64,000 nt of DNA from a virus (IMGVR_UViG_3300029288_000168:5394-69393); one strand, 5' to 3'; shown: positions 28,881-35,711, numbered from the stretch's first letter. A program made the numbers and translations. The notes: generated by a model from the sequence alone, not told the origin.

Positions 28881-29430
28881 TTCACGATAAGAGATAAAAA
28901 TCGGGATCGAACTAAGCGCTTCTAATTGCGTAAATTAGAATCTATCGGGTATAAACCTAAATTGTCTCTTGACAAGACAGTATGATTATCCATACTCGGG
29001 TTACACCGGTACGGATGACAAATGCATGCTGGATAACCCAGCCGACCTAAGGCTCAAGTTTGAAGTTGAAAGACTGAAGACGAGCAAGGCTAATGGTTGA
29101 TGGTTTAAGTTTAAAGGCAATGGTGTCGTTTCCTATTGGGGAAATAGGGAGGTCGCCCGCAAATGCCGAATGACCTTGAGTAAGTTTGGTTCTTAGTTCC
29201 CAGTCGAAACTTTCAAGGCTTCCTTATTGGGGAATGTTTAAATTTCAGGTGGTAAGTTCAAGAGCGGAAACCGGGCGGGTCAGGATGGTCGTGCAGGGCT
29301 GCCTGACAAGGAAGGTGGACATGGCGAGAGGGCTGTCGTAACTGCGAATAGCGATGGGGTAGCCATGGTAGCAAAGACTCTACAAAGTCCCGTAGGGCTA
29401 ACCCTCTTAGGGTTGCTTGGACACGGCAAG
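28881..29430 (+). ncRNA. Large ornate ncRNA candidate B (about 550 nt)
   Basis: Many hairpins plus long-range pairs GAACTAAG(28909)/CTTAGTTC(29192), CGACCT(29043)/AGGTCG(29150), CTCAAG(29053)/CTTGAG(29175); GC-richer than flanks; no convincing ORF. Confidence 0.65.
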
Positions 29431-29455
29431 TATAAATATAATCTATTAAATATAC

Positions 29456-29485
29456 TTGACAAAATGGCATTTTGGATGGTATACT
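29456..29485 (+). promoter_or_regulatory. sigma70-type promoter
   Basis: TTGACA-18-TATACT. Confidence 0.7.
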
Positions 29486-29491
29486 AAACGT

Positions 29492-30025
29492 ATGGGCAAC
29501 AAACGTAAAAGGGCTATTGATCTTTGGAATTCTGGTTGTTTTACCATGCAACAAATTGGTAAACAATTGGGCTTGAGTAGGGAACGCATTAGACAATTTG
29601 TTGAAGATGCTATAAGGAGCAACCAAGCAGTTTTGTCTGCAAAAGAGTGGCAGTTGCATAGGAAAGTTGTAAGGGAGGCTTCAATAGATTGTGTGCGTAC
29701 ATCTAAACTTTGGGATATGCCACTATATACTACTGTTAGTAGAAATGGGTGGGTTAAGGTAAGGTTAAAGAGAATAATTAATAGATGGCGGTGTGAGAAA
29801 TGTGGGTGGCATAAATATCCTATAGCTTTGGTGATCCACCACATCGACAAAAACAGGAGAAACAACGATCCTAATAATTTAATGTTATTATGTCCTAATT
29901 GTCATTGGTTTATACATCAAATGTCTAAAGATTTTAGTATGACATCAAAGGGTCGGAAGAGACAAACGGGTAGTAATTATACGGAACATTTATATAAGAA
30001 GCGACACGCAATTAGAAGTATTTAA
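29492..30025 (+). CDS. HTH (sigma r4-like) plus HNH endonuclease, probably leaderless
   Basis: TMQQIGKQLGLSRERIRQ; CEKCG..IHHIDKNRRNN..NLMLLCPNCH; ATG 7 nt after the -10. Confidence 0.8.
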   Translation: MGNKRKRAIDLWNSGCFTMQQIGKQLGLSRERIRQFVEDAIRSNQAVLSAKEWQLHRKVVREASIDCVRTSKLWDMPLYTTVSRNGWVKVRLKRIINRWRCEKCGWHKYPIALVIHHIDKNRRNNDPNNLMLLCPNCHWFIHQMSKDFSMTSKGRKRQTGSNYTEHLYKKRHAIRSI

Positions 30026-30034
30026 CAAATGTGG

Positions 30035-30043
30035 TGATATAAT
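30035..30043 (+). promoter_or_regulatory. Extended -10 promoter for the tRNA island
   Basis: TG-A-TATAAT, no clear -35. Confidence 0.5.
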
Positions 30044-30289
30044 GTATAGTGATGACAAAGGCGGTCCAATATGAAACCGACTACAGGTGGTTAGATGAGA
30101 ACTGATGAACTTGAGGAAATGCGGTAATGGAAAATATTAAGAATGTTTGAGCAAAAAGATGAGAGTTGAAGAGGAAAAAGGCGCAAGGTAAATAAAGGAG
30201 TAGTACGATGTTTAGGTTATGGCAGGATAGGATGTTGCATTCGTCTGGACAGGGTCAACGCCCCGTCGAGGACGGGTGTAAGTACCCGT

Positions 30290-30410
30290 CAGCCTTAACC
30301 TGTGCTGCTCTGAATTTTAATATTATAGCCAAAACAATACTCGAATAAGCAGCAGCACTTAGGTTAAACTAAAAGGCTGTCGCAATATCGAGAGGAGTTT
30401 TGGCTTTTTT
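30290..30410 (+). ncRNA. Pseudoknot or alternative-fold leader element ending in a U-tract
   Basis: H1 30290-30309 pairs 30351-30379; H2 30327-30344 pairs 30388-30405; the two helices cross. Confidence 0.55.
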
Positions 30411-30417
30411 GTTCTTT
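30410..30417 (+). promoter_or_regulatory. boxA-like element
   Basis: TGTTCTTT before the first tRNA. Confidence 0.5.
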
Positions 30418-30492
30418 GGGGCTGTGGTCTAATGGGAGGACAAGGGTTTTTCAAGCCCTTAGCGAGGGTTCGATTTCCCTCCAGCCCTACCA
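30418..30492 (+). tRNA. tRNA-Glu(TTC)
   Basis: Cloverleaf, loop TTTTCAA, CCA. Confidence 0.92.
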
Positions 30493-30493
30493 T

Positions 30494-30567
30494 GGCGCAT
30501 TCGTCTAAAGGCAGGATAGATGGTTCTCAACCATTTGACACCGGGTCAGTACCGGTATGCGCTACCA
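30494..30567 (+). tRNA. tRNA-Glu(CTC), atypical T-loop GTCAGTA
   Basis: Cloverleaf, CCA. Confidence 0.88.
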
Positions 30568-30576
30568 AATTGAGAG

Positions 30577-31329
30577 GTGACATTGAAATGTATTAATTGT
30601 AATACTGATTTAATAGGTACTCAAACTAAATTCTGCAATAAGAAGTGTAAAGATAATTATTACCATAAACGGGATTTGGTCGATGTAAAATGTACTTGTT
30701 GTGGTAGTATGTTTAAACGCAGAAGGCAGAGATTGGGTATATATCGTAGTTTGTGTAGACATTGTAGTTCTAGGCAGAATGCATTAGATTATATGGCATA
30801 TAAATCTGGTAAAGATAGTCCAAAATGGAGGGGCGGGTACAAGTATTGGATGTCTGGGAGGTACGGCAAGGATAAAGATGGGTTATCTTGGAAGATACAA
30901 CGCAGGCTAGCACGTGAACGTGATGGGTACTTATGTCAGAAATGCGGATGTTGTGAGATAAATAAAAAAGTTAGTGTGCATCATAAAGTACCATACAGAA
31001 TTTCGTTTTCGCATGCTTTAGATAATTTGATATGTTTGTGTAAACGGTGCCACCCCAGAGATGAGTCTCAAATTAAAGAGTTGTGGGGAGGTAAGACGTT
31101 AGCTCCACCTATGAGAGGTTTACCTAAACCACGTTGTAGTATATGTAGCAAAAAGAGAAAGCTTATTGGTGGGATTTGTACAACTTGTATTAGAATTAAA
31201 AACATAACCACAGCTAGGTTGTTATTGAATGAGGGGCTGAGTTATGTTGAGGTTGGTAGGATGCTTAACAAGGATAGGCGGGTTGTTTGGAGTTGGGTCA
31301 ATATTTGTAAAGACGGTGTGGTGCAGTGA
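30577..31329 (+). CDS. HNH homing endonuclease with zinc fingers
   Basis: CQKCG..VHHKVPY..SHALDNLICLCKRCH; 3' end overlaps tRNA-Asp. Confidence 0.85.
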   Translation: MTLKCINCNTDLIGTQTKFCNKKCKDNYYHKRDLVDVKCTCCGSMFKRRRQRLGIYRSLCRHCSSRQNALDYMAYKSGKDSPKWRGGYKYWMSGRYGKDKDGLSWKIQRRLARERDGYLCQKCGCCEINKKVSVHHKVPYRISFSHALDNLICLCKRCHPRDESQIKELWGGKTLAPPMRGLPKPRCSICSKKRKLIGGICTTCIRIKNITTARLLLNEGLSYVEVGRMLNKDRRVVWSWVNICKDGVVQ

Positions 31330-31386
31330 ATAGCATACGAGCTTGTCACGCTTGAGACGCGAGTCTGATTCTCGCCATCGTCGCCA
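31312..31386 (+). tRNA. tRNA-Asp(GTC)
   Basis: GACGGTG/CATCGTC acceptor, loop TTGTCAC, GCCA. Confidence 0.9.
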
Positions 31387-31389
31387 AAT

Positions 31390-31399
31390 TGTTCTTTAA
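31390..31399 (+). promoter_or_regulatory. boxA-like element
   Basis: TGTTCTTTAA before the RNase P RNA. Confidence 0.6.
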
Positions 31400-31694
31400 T
31401 TAAGTTAACGAAGTAGTTGCGGGCCGTTTTACCAGTAAAAAGAAGATTTGGTGGTGTCATCTTCTTTTCGGTCTGAGGAAAGTCCGAGCTCCGCAGAGCA
31501 ACGTAGCAACTAACGGTTGCCCGCCGTGAGGCGAGGATTAGAGGACAGAGACGAGCCACTTAAGTGTGGGTGAGACGACCAATCTCTACGTGGAGCAAGT
31601 TCATATAGGAACCTAGCTGGCTCGGTTGATAGGTTCGGGTAGAACGCTTAGACGGATGACTACATAAACAAAACTCGGCTTATTGTTAACTTGA
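31400..31694 (+). ncRNA. rnpB: RNase P RNA, compact form
   Basis: GAGGAAAGTCC and ACAAAACTCGGCTTA P4 strands; P1 TTAAGTTAAC/GTTAACTTGA; P2, P3, P8, P9 and P15 GGTA identifiable; no apparent P13/14/18. Confidence 0.93.
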
Positions 31695-31775
31695 AAATTA
31701 AAGGGAATTCAGAAACGGCTTTGATGTAGGATCTTGTGAAGAAAACCGCTGATAACGACACTGATAGCCCTACGT

Positions 31776-31869
31776 GGAAGTGAGGTGCATAGTGGTTAGG
31801 CACGCTTGTTTGCTAAACAGGTGAGGATTAAACCCCCCTCTGCTGGTTCGACCCCAGTCACTTCCGCCA
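31776..31869 (+). tRNA. tRNA-Ser(GCT)
   Basis: Long variable arm, GCCA. Confidence 0.9.
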
Positions 31870-31873
31870 TTTT

Positions 31874-31962
31874 GGAGAGTAGCCAGATATGGTTGGCTGG
31901 GACGGCTTGGAATACCGTTTGGGATAAAACCCATGCTGATTCGAATTCAGCACTCTCCGCCA
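31874..31962 (+). tRNA. tRNA-Ser(GGA)
   Basis: Long variable arm, GCCA. Confidence 0.88.
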
Positions 31963-31967
31963 GTATT

Positions 31968-32055
31968 GGAGGATCTGGGCATATTGGTGAGCCCAACCGC
32001 CTCGAAAGCGGTAGCCGTAACAGGCTTGGTTGTTCAACTCAACCATCCTCCGCCA
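31968..32055 (+). tRNA. tRNA-Ser(CGA)
   Basis: Long variable arm, GCCA. Confidence 0.9.
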
Positions 32056-32058
32056 TTT

Positions 32059-32140
32059 GATGCTATAAGATAGGCGTTGTCCGACGGGCATAATGCGACC
32101 TATTGACCAGTCATTGACGAATATAAATCTGGCTAGCATC
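32059..32140 (+). ncRNA. 82-nt three-way-junction RNA candidate
   Basis: GATGCTA/TAGCATC closes ATAGG..CCTAT and CCAG..CTGG arms; not a cloverleaf. Confidence 0.5.
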
Positions 32141-32142
32141 TT

Positions 32143-32229
32143 GGAAGCGCTGAGCAGTGGCTGAGCTCACCCGTCTTGAACACGGGAGCTGTAAAAGGCT
32201 TAGAGGATCGTCGCCTCTCGCTTCCGCCA
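32143..32229 (+). tRNA. tRNA-Ser(TGA), atypical T-loop
   Basis: Long variable arm, GCCA. Confidence 0.88.
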
Positions 32230-32231
32230 TT

Positions 32232-32241
32232 TGTTCTTTAA
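32232..32241 (+). promoter_or_regulatory. boxA-like element
   Basis: TGTTCTTTAA. Confidence 0.6.
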
Positions 32242-32244
32242 TGT

Positions 32245-32318
32245 GGGAGTGAAGTGTTAGGGCAGCATCGCGGTCTCCAAAACCGTTGGTCAAGGTTCAA
32301 ATCCTTGCACTCCTGCCA
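32245..32318 (+). tRNA. tRNA-Trp(CCA)
   Basis: Cloverleaf, GCCA. Confidence 0.92.
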
Positions 32319-32319
32319 A

Positions 32320-32395
32320 GGTGGGATCGCCTAGATGGTAAGGCATTCGTTTCATAAGCGAATTATCGCGGATTCGAGTTCCGCTCCCACTACCA
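32320..32395 (+). tRNA. tRNA-Met(CAT), elongator (Ile2 not excluded)
   Basis: Cloverleaf, loop TTCATAA. Confidence 0.85.
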
Positions 32396-32399
32396 ATTT

Positions 32400-32476
32400 T
32401 GCGGGTTAGACTGGAGGTGGTTCCAGCATAGGCTCATACCCTATTGACATTGGTTCGATTCCAATACCCGCTTCCA
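32400..32476 (+). tRNA. tRNA(CAT), initiator-like
   Basis: 1:72 mismatch, TGCGGGT acceptor, loop CTCATAC; only two G-C pairs in the anticodon stem. Confidence 0.75.
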
Positions 32477-32477
32477 A

Positions 32478-32556
32478 GCGCAGGTACCCAAGTGGTCGAA
32501 GGGGACGGTCTGCAAAACCGTTATTACCGTCGGTTCAAATCCGACCCTGCGCTCCA
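32478..32556 (+). tRNA. tRNA-Cys(GCA)
   Basis: Cloverleaf, U73. Confidence 0.92.
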
Positions 32557-32563
32557 GATTTAT

Positions 32564-32575
32564 TGTTCTTTGTGA
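32564..32575 (+). promoter_or_regulatory. boxA-like element
   Basis: TGTTCTTTGTGA. Confidence 0.55.
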
Positions 32576-32578
32576 TTT

Positions 32579-32655
32579 GCGTTCGTGCGCCGAAATGGAT
32601 AGGCAATCGGCTTTTAACCGATACTATGAGAGTTCAAGCCTCTCCGAACGCACCA
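32579..32655 (+). tRNA. tRNA-Lys(TTT)
   Basis: Cloverleaf, ACCA. Confidence 0.92.
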
Positions 32656-32659
32656 ATAA

Positions 32660-32755
32660 AAGCTGAGATGTAGGTTCAACCCCTCGCAGGGGCAGTTCCT
32701 GCGTATACTAGGCTGTCACGGCAGCCTATAGTTTAATGGTAAAACGCAGCTTGTG
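32660..32755 (+). ncRNA. Circularly permuted tRNA-like RNA (YrlA-like topology) with an insertion in the T-arm
   Basis: Order: AGCTG, T-loop GTAGG-TTCAACC-CCT, hairpin, closed acceptor TAGGCTG-TCACGG-CAGCCTA, TA, D-arm GTTT-AATGGTA-AAAC, CAGCT. Confidence 0.65.
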
Positions 32756-32765
32756 TATAATTATT

Positions 32766-32840
32766 GGGTGTGTAGCAAAATGATAATGCATCTCCCTCTT
32801 AAGGAGAAGAATGAAGGTTAGAGTCCTTCCACACCCACCA
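32766..32840 (+). tRNA. tRNA-Lys(CTT)
   Basis: Cloverleaf, ACCA. Confidence 0.92.
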
Positions 32841-32855
32841 TTTTACAGGAGACAA

Positions 32856-33581
32856 ATGATACATAAACATAAAGTTAATGATAAGTTCTTTGACAAATGG
32901 TCTGCAGATATGGCATATGTTTTAGGATACTTTTTTGGTGATGGTTGTATTTACAAAAATAAGGGCGGGTCTAAACGAGTCATATTTTGTGGTCATCAAG
33001 ATGATGAGGAGTTTCTTAAGAAGTTGGCTAGTATAATAGGGTGTAGTGCTTTGGTATCTCAAAGTAAACGATCTAAATGTTGTAGGTTTGAATTTGTTAG
33101 TGCTAGGATGTTTGATAGGTTATATAGTTTGGGTAAGAGGAAGAGACTTGTTTGTCCTAAGGTACCCAGGGAGTTTATTAGAGATTTTGTAAGGGGATAT
33201 ATTGATTCTGATGGATGTGTAGGATTTGTGAAGTCTGAATACTATAAGACTTTGAGTAGTGGCTATAAAAAATTATATTGTTATAATAAATTGGTGGTGC
33301 AAATGACAAGTAAGGATATTGGGTTTTTATGTAAATTAGAGAAATATATTAGAGGTTTGGGTTTTAAGAAAGCAAATATCCACGGCAATCAATATTTTAG
33401 TGTTTATTATTATAGATTGCATGCACAACGATTAGTAGATTTAATATATTATAAAAATTGTTTAGCTTTAACGAGAAAATTGTTGCAGGTTCGTCTAATT
33501 GGTAGGACGGTTGGTTTTGAGCCAAAAAATCGTGGTTCGAGTCCACGACCTGTAGCCAATGCGGTGTCGACTAATAGGTAG
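32856..33581 (+). CDS. LAGLIDADG homing endonuclease
   Basis: YVLGYFFGDG and FVRGYIDSDG; AGGAG SD gives start 32856; reads through tRNA-Gln(TTG). Confidence 0.88.
   Translation: MIHKHKVNDKFFDKWSADMAYVLGYFFGDGCIYKNKGGSKRVIFCGHQDDEEFLKKLASIIGCSALVSQSKRSKCCRFEFVSARMFDRLYSLGKRKRLVCPKVPREFIRDFVRGYIDSDGCVGFVKSEYYKTLSSGYKKLYCYNKLVVQMTSKDIGFLCKLEKYIRGLGFKKANIHGNQYFSVYYYRLHAQRLVDLIYYKNCLALTRKLLQVRLIGRTVGFEPKNRGSSPRPVANAVSTNR
33484..33558 (+). tRNA. tRNA-Gln(TTG)
   Basis: TGCAGGT/ACCTGTA acceptor, GCCA. Confidence 0.88.
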
Positions 33582-33634
33582 GTCAACTGACTCTGAATCA
33601 GTTAGTTGAGGTTCGAACCCTTACACCGCAACCA
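33560..33634 (+). tRNA. tRNA-Gln(CTG)
   Basis: Cloverleaf, ACCA. Confidence 0.9.
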
Positions 33635-33642
33635 AATTTCAT

Positions 33643-33720
33643 CTGCGTGTAGCTCAGTTTGTCCAGAGCGCTCGGCCAGGAACCGAGAGGTCAGTGGTTG
33701 AAATCCACTCATGCAGACCA
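33643..33720 (+). tRNA. tRNA-Pro(AGG), rare anticodon, C33
   Basis: C1-G72, A73; stem CTCGG/CCGAG, loop CCAGGAA. Confidence 0.85.
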
Positions 33721-33724
33721 TTTA

Positions 33725-33802
33725 CGGAGTGTCGGTCAATTTGGTAGACCACATGCCCTGGGAGCATGAATAGTGAGAGTTCAAGTCTCTCCACTCCGAC
33801 CA
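33725..33802 (+). tRNA. tRNA-Pro(TGG), C33
   Basis: CGGAGTG acceptor, loop CCTGGGA. Confidence 0.9.
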
Positions 33803-33816
33803 ATTTAGAGGTAGTA

Positions 33817-33960
33817 ATGAAGATAAGAAAGAAGTTGCAAAAAGAGATTGAGAGAAGGGGGAAGCTTTCAAGTTGGGAACAGTTTGAAATCGAGACTGCC
33901 GACCCAATGTTGTTTAAGGTTCAAAAAGAGGTACAAAGGAGTAGTAAATGCGGTGCTTAG
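33817..33960 (+). CDS. Small basic hypothetical protein
   Basis: GAGG SD; 47 aa. Confidence 0.45.
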   Translation: MKIRKKLQKEIERRGKLSSWEQFEIETADPMLFKVQKEVQRSSKCGA

Positions 33961-34451
33961 TTTTAAATGCAAGCCATGAGTTTCTTGGCGTCTGTGACTG
34001 GCAGTCGGCTGTTTGTGCTACTGTTACGGGCAAGGTAATAGTTATGGAGGAGTATGATAGGGTTATACACTCTGTATCTATGGAGATGAGGGTTCCGGCT
34101 GTTATAAAGCTTAAGAACTATGTTAAGGTTTCTTATGATAGGATATCCTACGTTTCCTACACCAAGCGCAACGTACATCTCCGTGATAACTACATATGTC
34201 AGTACTGTGGCGAGAAGACGGATTCTAAGCACATAGGCATTGACCATGTTTTACCAGAATCTCGTGGCGGTCAAGACACATGGGAAAATACAGTTTCAGC
34301 TTGCAACCCTTGCAACTTTGATAAGGACAACCGAACGCCTTGGGAAGCAGGTATGAAGCTGATAAGGACTCCCCATAAGCCTCGTGGTTTTAAGGAGATT
34401 ATAAGAATTAAGGTTGGTGAAATACATGATCTTTGGTTGAAGTATTTGTAA
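33948..34451 (+). CDS. McrA-type HNH nuclease
   Basis: LVLNAS, PAVIKL, RDNYICQYCG, IDHVLPESRGG, CNPCNFDK. Confidence 0.9.
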   Translation: MRCLVLNASHEFLGVCDWQSAVCATVTGKVIVMEEYDRVIHSVSMEMRVPAVIKLKNYVKVSYDRISYVSYTKRNVHLRDNYICQYCGEKTDSKHIGIDHVLPESRGGQDTWENTVSACNPCNFDKDNRTPWEAGMKLIRTPHKPRGFKEIIRIKVGEIHDLWLKYL

Positions 34452-34459
34452 AATTTGAT

Positions 34460-34535
34460 GGCGGGTATAGTGTAATGGAAGCACAGGAGACTGTGGCTCT
34501 CCTAGAGCGGGTTCGATTTCCCGTTACTCGCCCCA
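34460..34535 (+). tRNA. tRNA-His(GTG) with encoded G-1
   Basis: 8-bp acceptor G-1:C73. Confidence 0.92.
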
Positions 34536-34541
34536 AATTTC

Positions 34542-34616
34542 GAGTCGCAGGTGTTAGTGACAGCACATCGGGCCGTAACCCCGTTGGTGAAGGTTTAAGT
34601 CCTTCGCGACTCACCA
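34542..34616 (+). tRNA. tRNA-Tyr(GTA), short variable loop, C33
   Basis: G1-C72, A73, loop CCGTAAC; lacks the usual bacterial long arm. Confidence 0.7.
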
Positions 34617-34618
34617 TT

Positions 34619-34630
34619 TGATCTTTGAAA
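34619..34630 (+). promoter_or_regulatory. boxA-like element
   Basis: TGATCTTTGAAA. Confidence 0.6.
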
Positions 34631-34632
34631 TT

Positions 34633-34706
34633 GGGGGCTTGGTATAGCGAGATTACTCCCGCCCTGCAAGCGGGCGACGGCGGTTTGATTCCGCCAGCCT
34701 CCACCA
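34633..34706 (+). tRNA. tRNA-Ala(TGC)
   Basis: G3:U70, loop CCTGCAA. Confidence 0.88.
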
Positions 34707-34711
34707 ATATA

Positions 34712-34839
34712 CGAGCAATAGTGTAATATCTTGTGAGAGTAGGTGTCGACTCCATGGTTAATAGTCAAGGCATTAGGGTAGCAGGACAGCATGATTAGCA
34801 GTGGCTGATAGGTTACGTGAAAATCGTATTGCTCGACCA
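34712..34839 (+). ncRNA. 128-nt acceptor-stem/ACCA RNA lacking a normal anticodon arm
   Basis: CGAGCAATA/TATTGCTCG followed by ACCA; T-like hairpin TACG-TGAAAAT-CGTA; internal hairpins. Confidence 0.55.
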
Positions 34840-34859
34840 ACAATTTAGGGGGGGGGGCA

Positions 34860-35711
34860 GTGTATAAATGTAAATATTGTGGTAAAGAGTTTGAAAAGTG
34901 CGGTAGTCTCGGTGCTCATGTCTTGTGTATGCATAACGTTGAGTTTAGAAGAAAGCAACGCTTACCTAGAAGGTTGCGTGAGGTTATAACTAGACAATGC
35001 GCAGTGTGCGGTTGTAAATTTTCGTATGAGAAAATTGTTGGTAGTAAGAAGGGCGACAGGAAGTGTTGTTCGGTATCATGTGCGGCAAGACGATATCCGA
35101 CGAATGTCAATGTGTGTTTGTGTTGTGGGAAAAATATAGATAGACATCTTAAGTTTTGTAGTTTAAAATGTTGTTATGAATATAAGCGTCAGGAATATAT
35201 TAAAAAGTGGTTGAAAGGCGAAGTTAGTGGGAATACTAAGGATGACTTGTCTAATCATGTACGTAAGTATTTGTTTGAAATCAATAATAATAAATGTGAG
35301 AAGTGTGGTTGGAATGAAGTAAACAAACTTACTGGGCTGGTGCCATTAGAGATACATCATAAAGACGGCAATAGTGGAAATAGTAAAAGAGAAAATGTGG
35401 AGTTGTTATGCCCCAATTGTCATTCCCTTACGTTTAATTATGGTGGGCTTAATGTTGGCAATGGCAGAGAATGTCGCAGGCTGAGTAGGCAGGAACATAA
35501 GCTCGGTATAATACATATTAAAAGATCAATAAAGATAAAGAAAAATTGTCTATTGTGTAATAAAGAATTTTTTGTTTTCCCAAGCCGAAGTAAGAGGAAA
35601 TACTGTTCTCATAAGTGTGCTTTATCTTCCCCTAAAAGAGTATCATATACTACGTCGGGGATGGCGCTTCTTAGCTCTAGTAGTGATAACGTTAGCACAA
35701 CTGTCTTGTAA
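34860..35711 (+). CDS. HNH homing endonuclease with multiple zinc fingers
   Basis: CEKCG..LEIHHKDGNSGNSKRENVELLCPNCH; 3' end overlaps tRNA-Thr(TGT). Confidence 0.87.
   Translation: MYKCKYCGKEFEKCGSLGAHVLCMHNVEFRRKQRLPRRLREVITRQCAVCGCKFSYEKIVGSKKGDRKCCSVSCAARRYPTNVNVCLCCGKNIDRHLKFCSLKCCYEYKRQEYIKKWLKGEVSGNTKDDLSNHVRKYLFEINNNKCEKCGWNEVNKLTGLVPLEIHHKDGNSGNSKRENVELLCPNCHSLTFNYGGLNVGNGRECRRLSRQEHKLGIIHIKRSIKIKKNCLLCNKEFFVFPSRSKRKYCSHKCALSSPKRVSYTTSGMALLSSSSDNVSTTVL

Noticed and set aside
29258-29865. Minus-strand ORFs over ncRNA B and the HNH gene
   Set aside because: No recognisable domains; they arise from GC-rich structured sequence
32811-32855. Track start of the LAGLIDADG ORF (and 29456 for the HTH-HNH ORF)
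   Set aside because: These starts lie inside tRNA-Lys and a -35 box respectively; better starts are 32856 and 29492
34542-34616. Reading this tRNA as Thr(CGT)
   Set aside because: That register breaks the anticodon stem, and a proper Thr(CGT) exists at 35754
34633-34839. tmRNA
   Set aside because: The GGGGGC..CTCCACCA element is a complete 74-nt tRNA-Ala; the following ACCA RNA lacks G3:U70 and a tag frame
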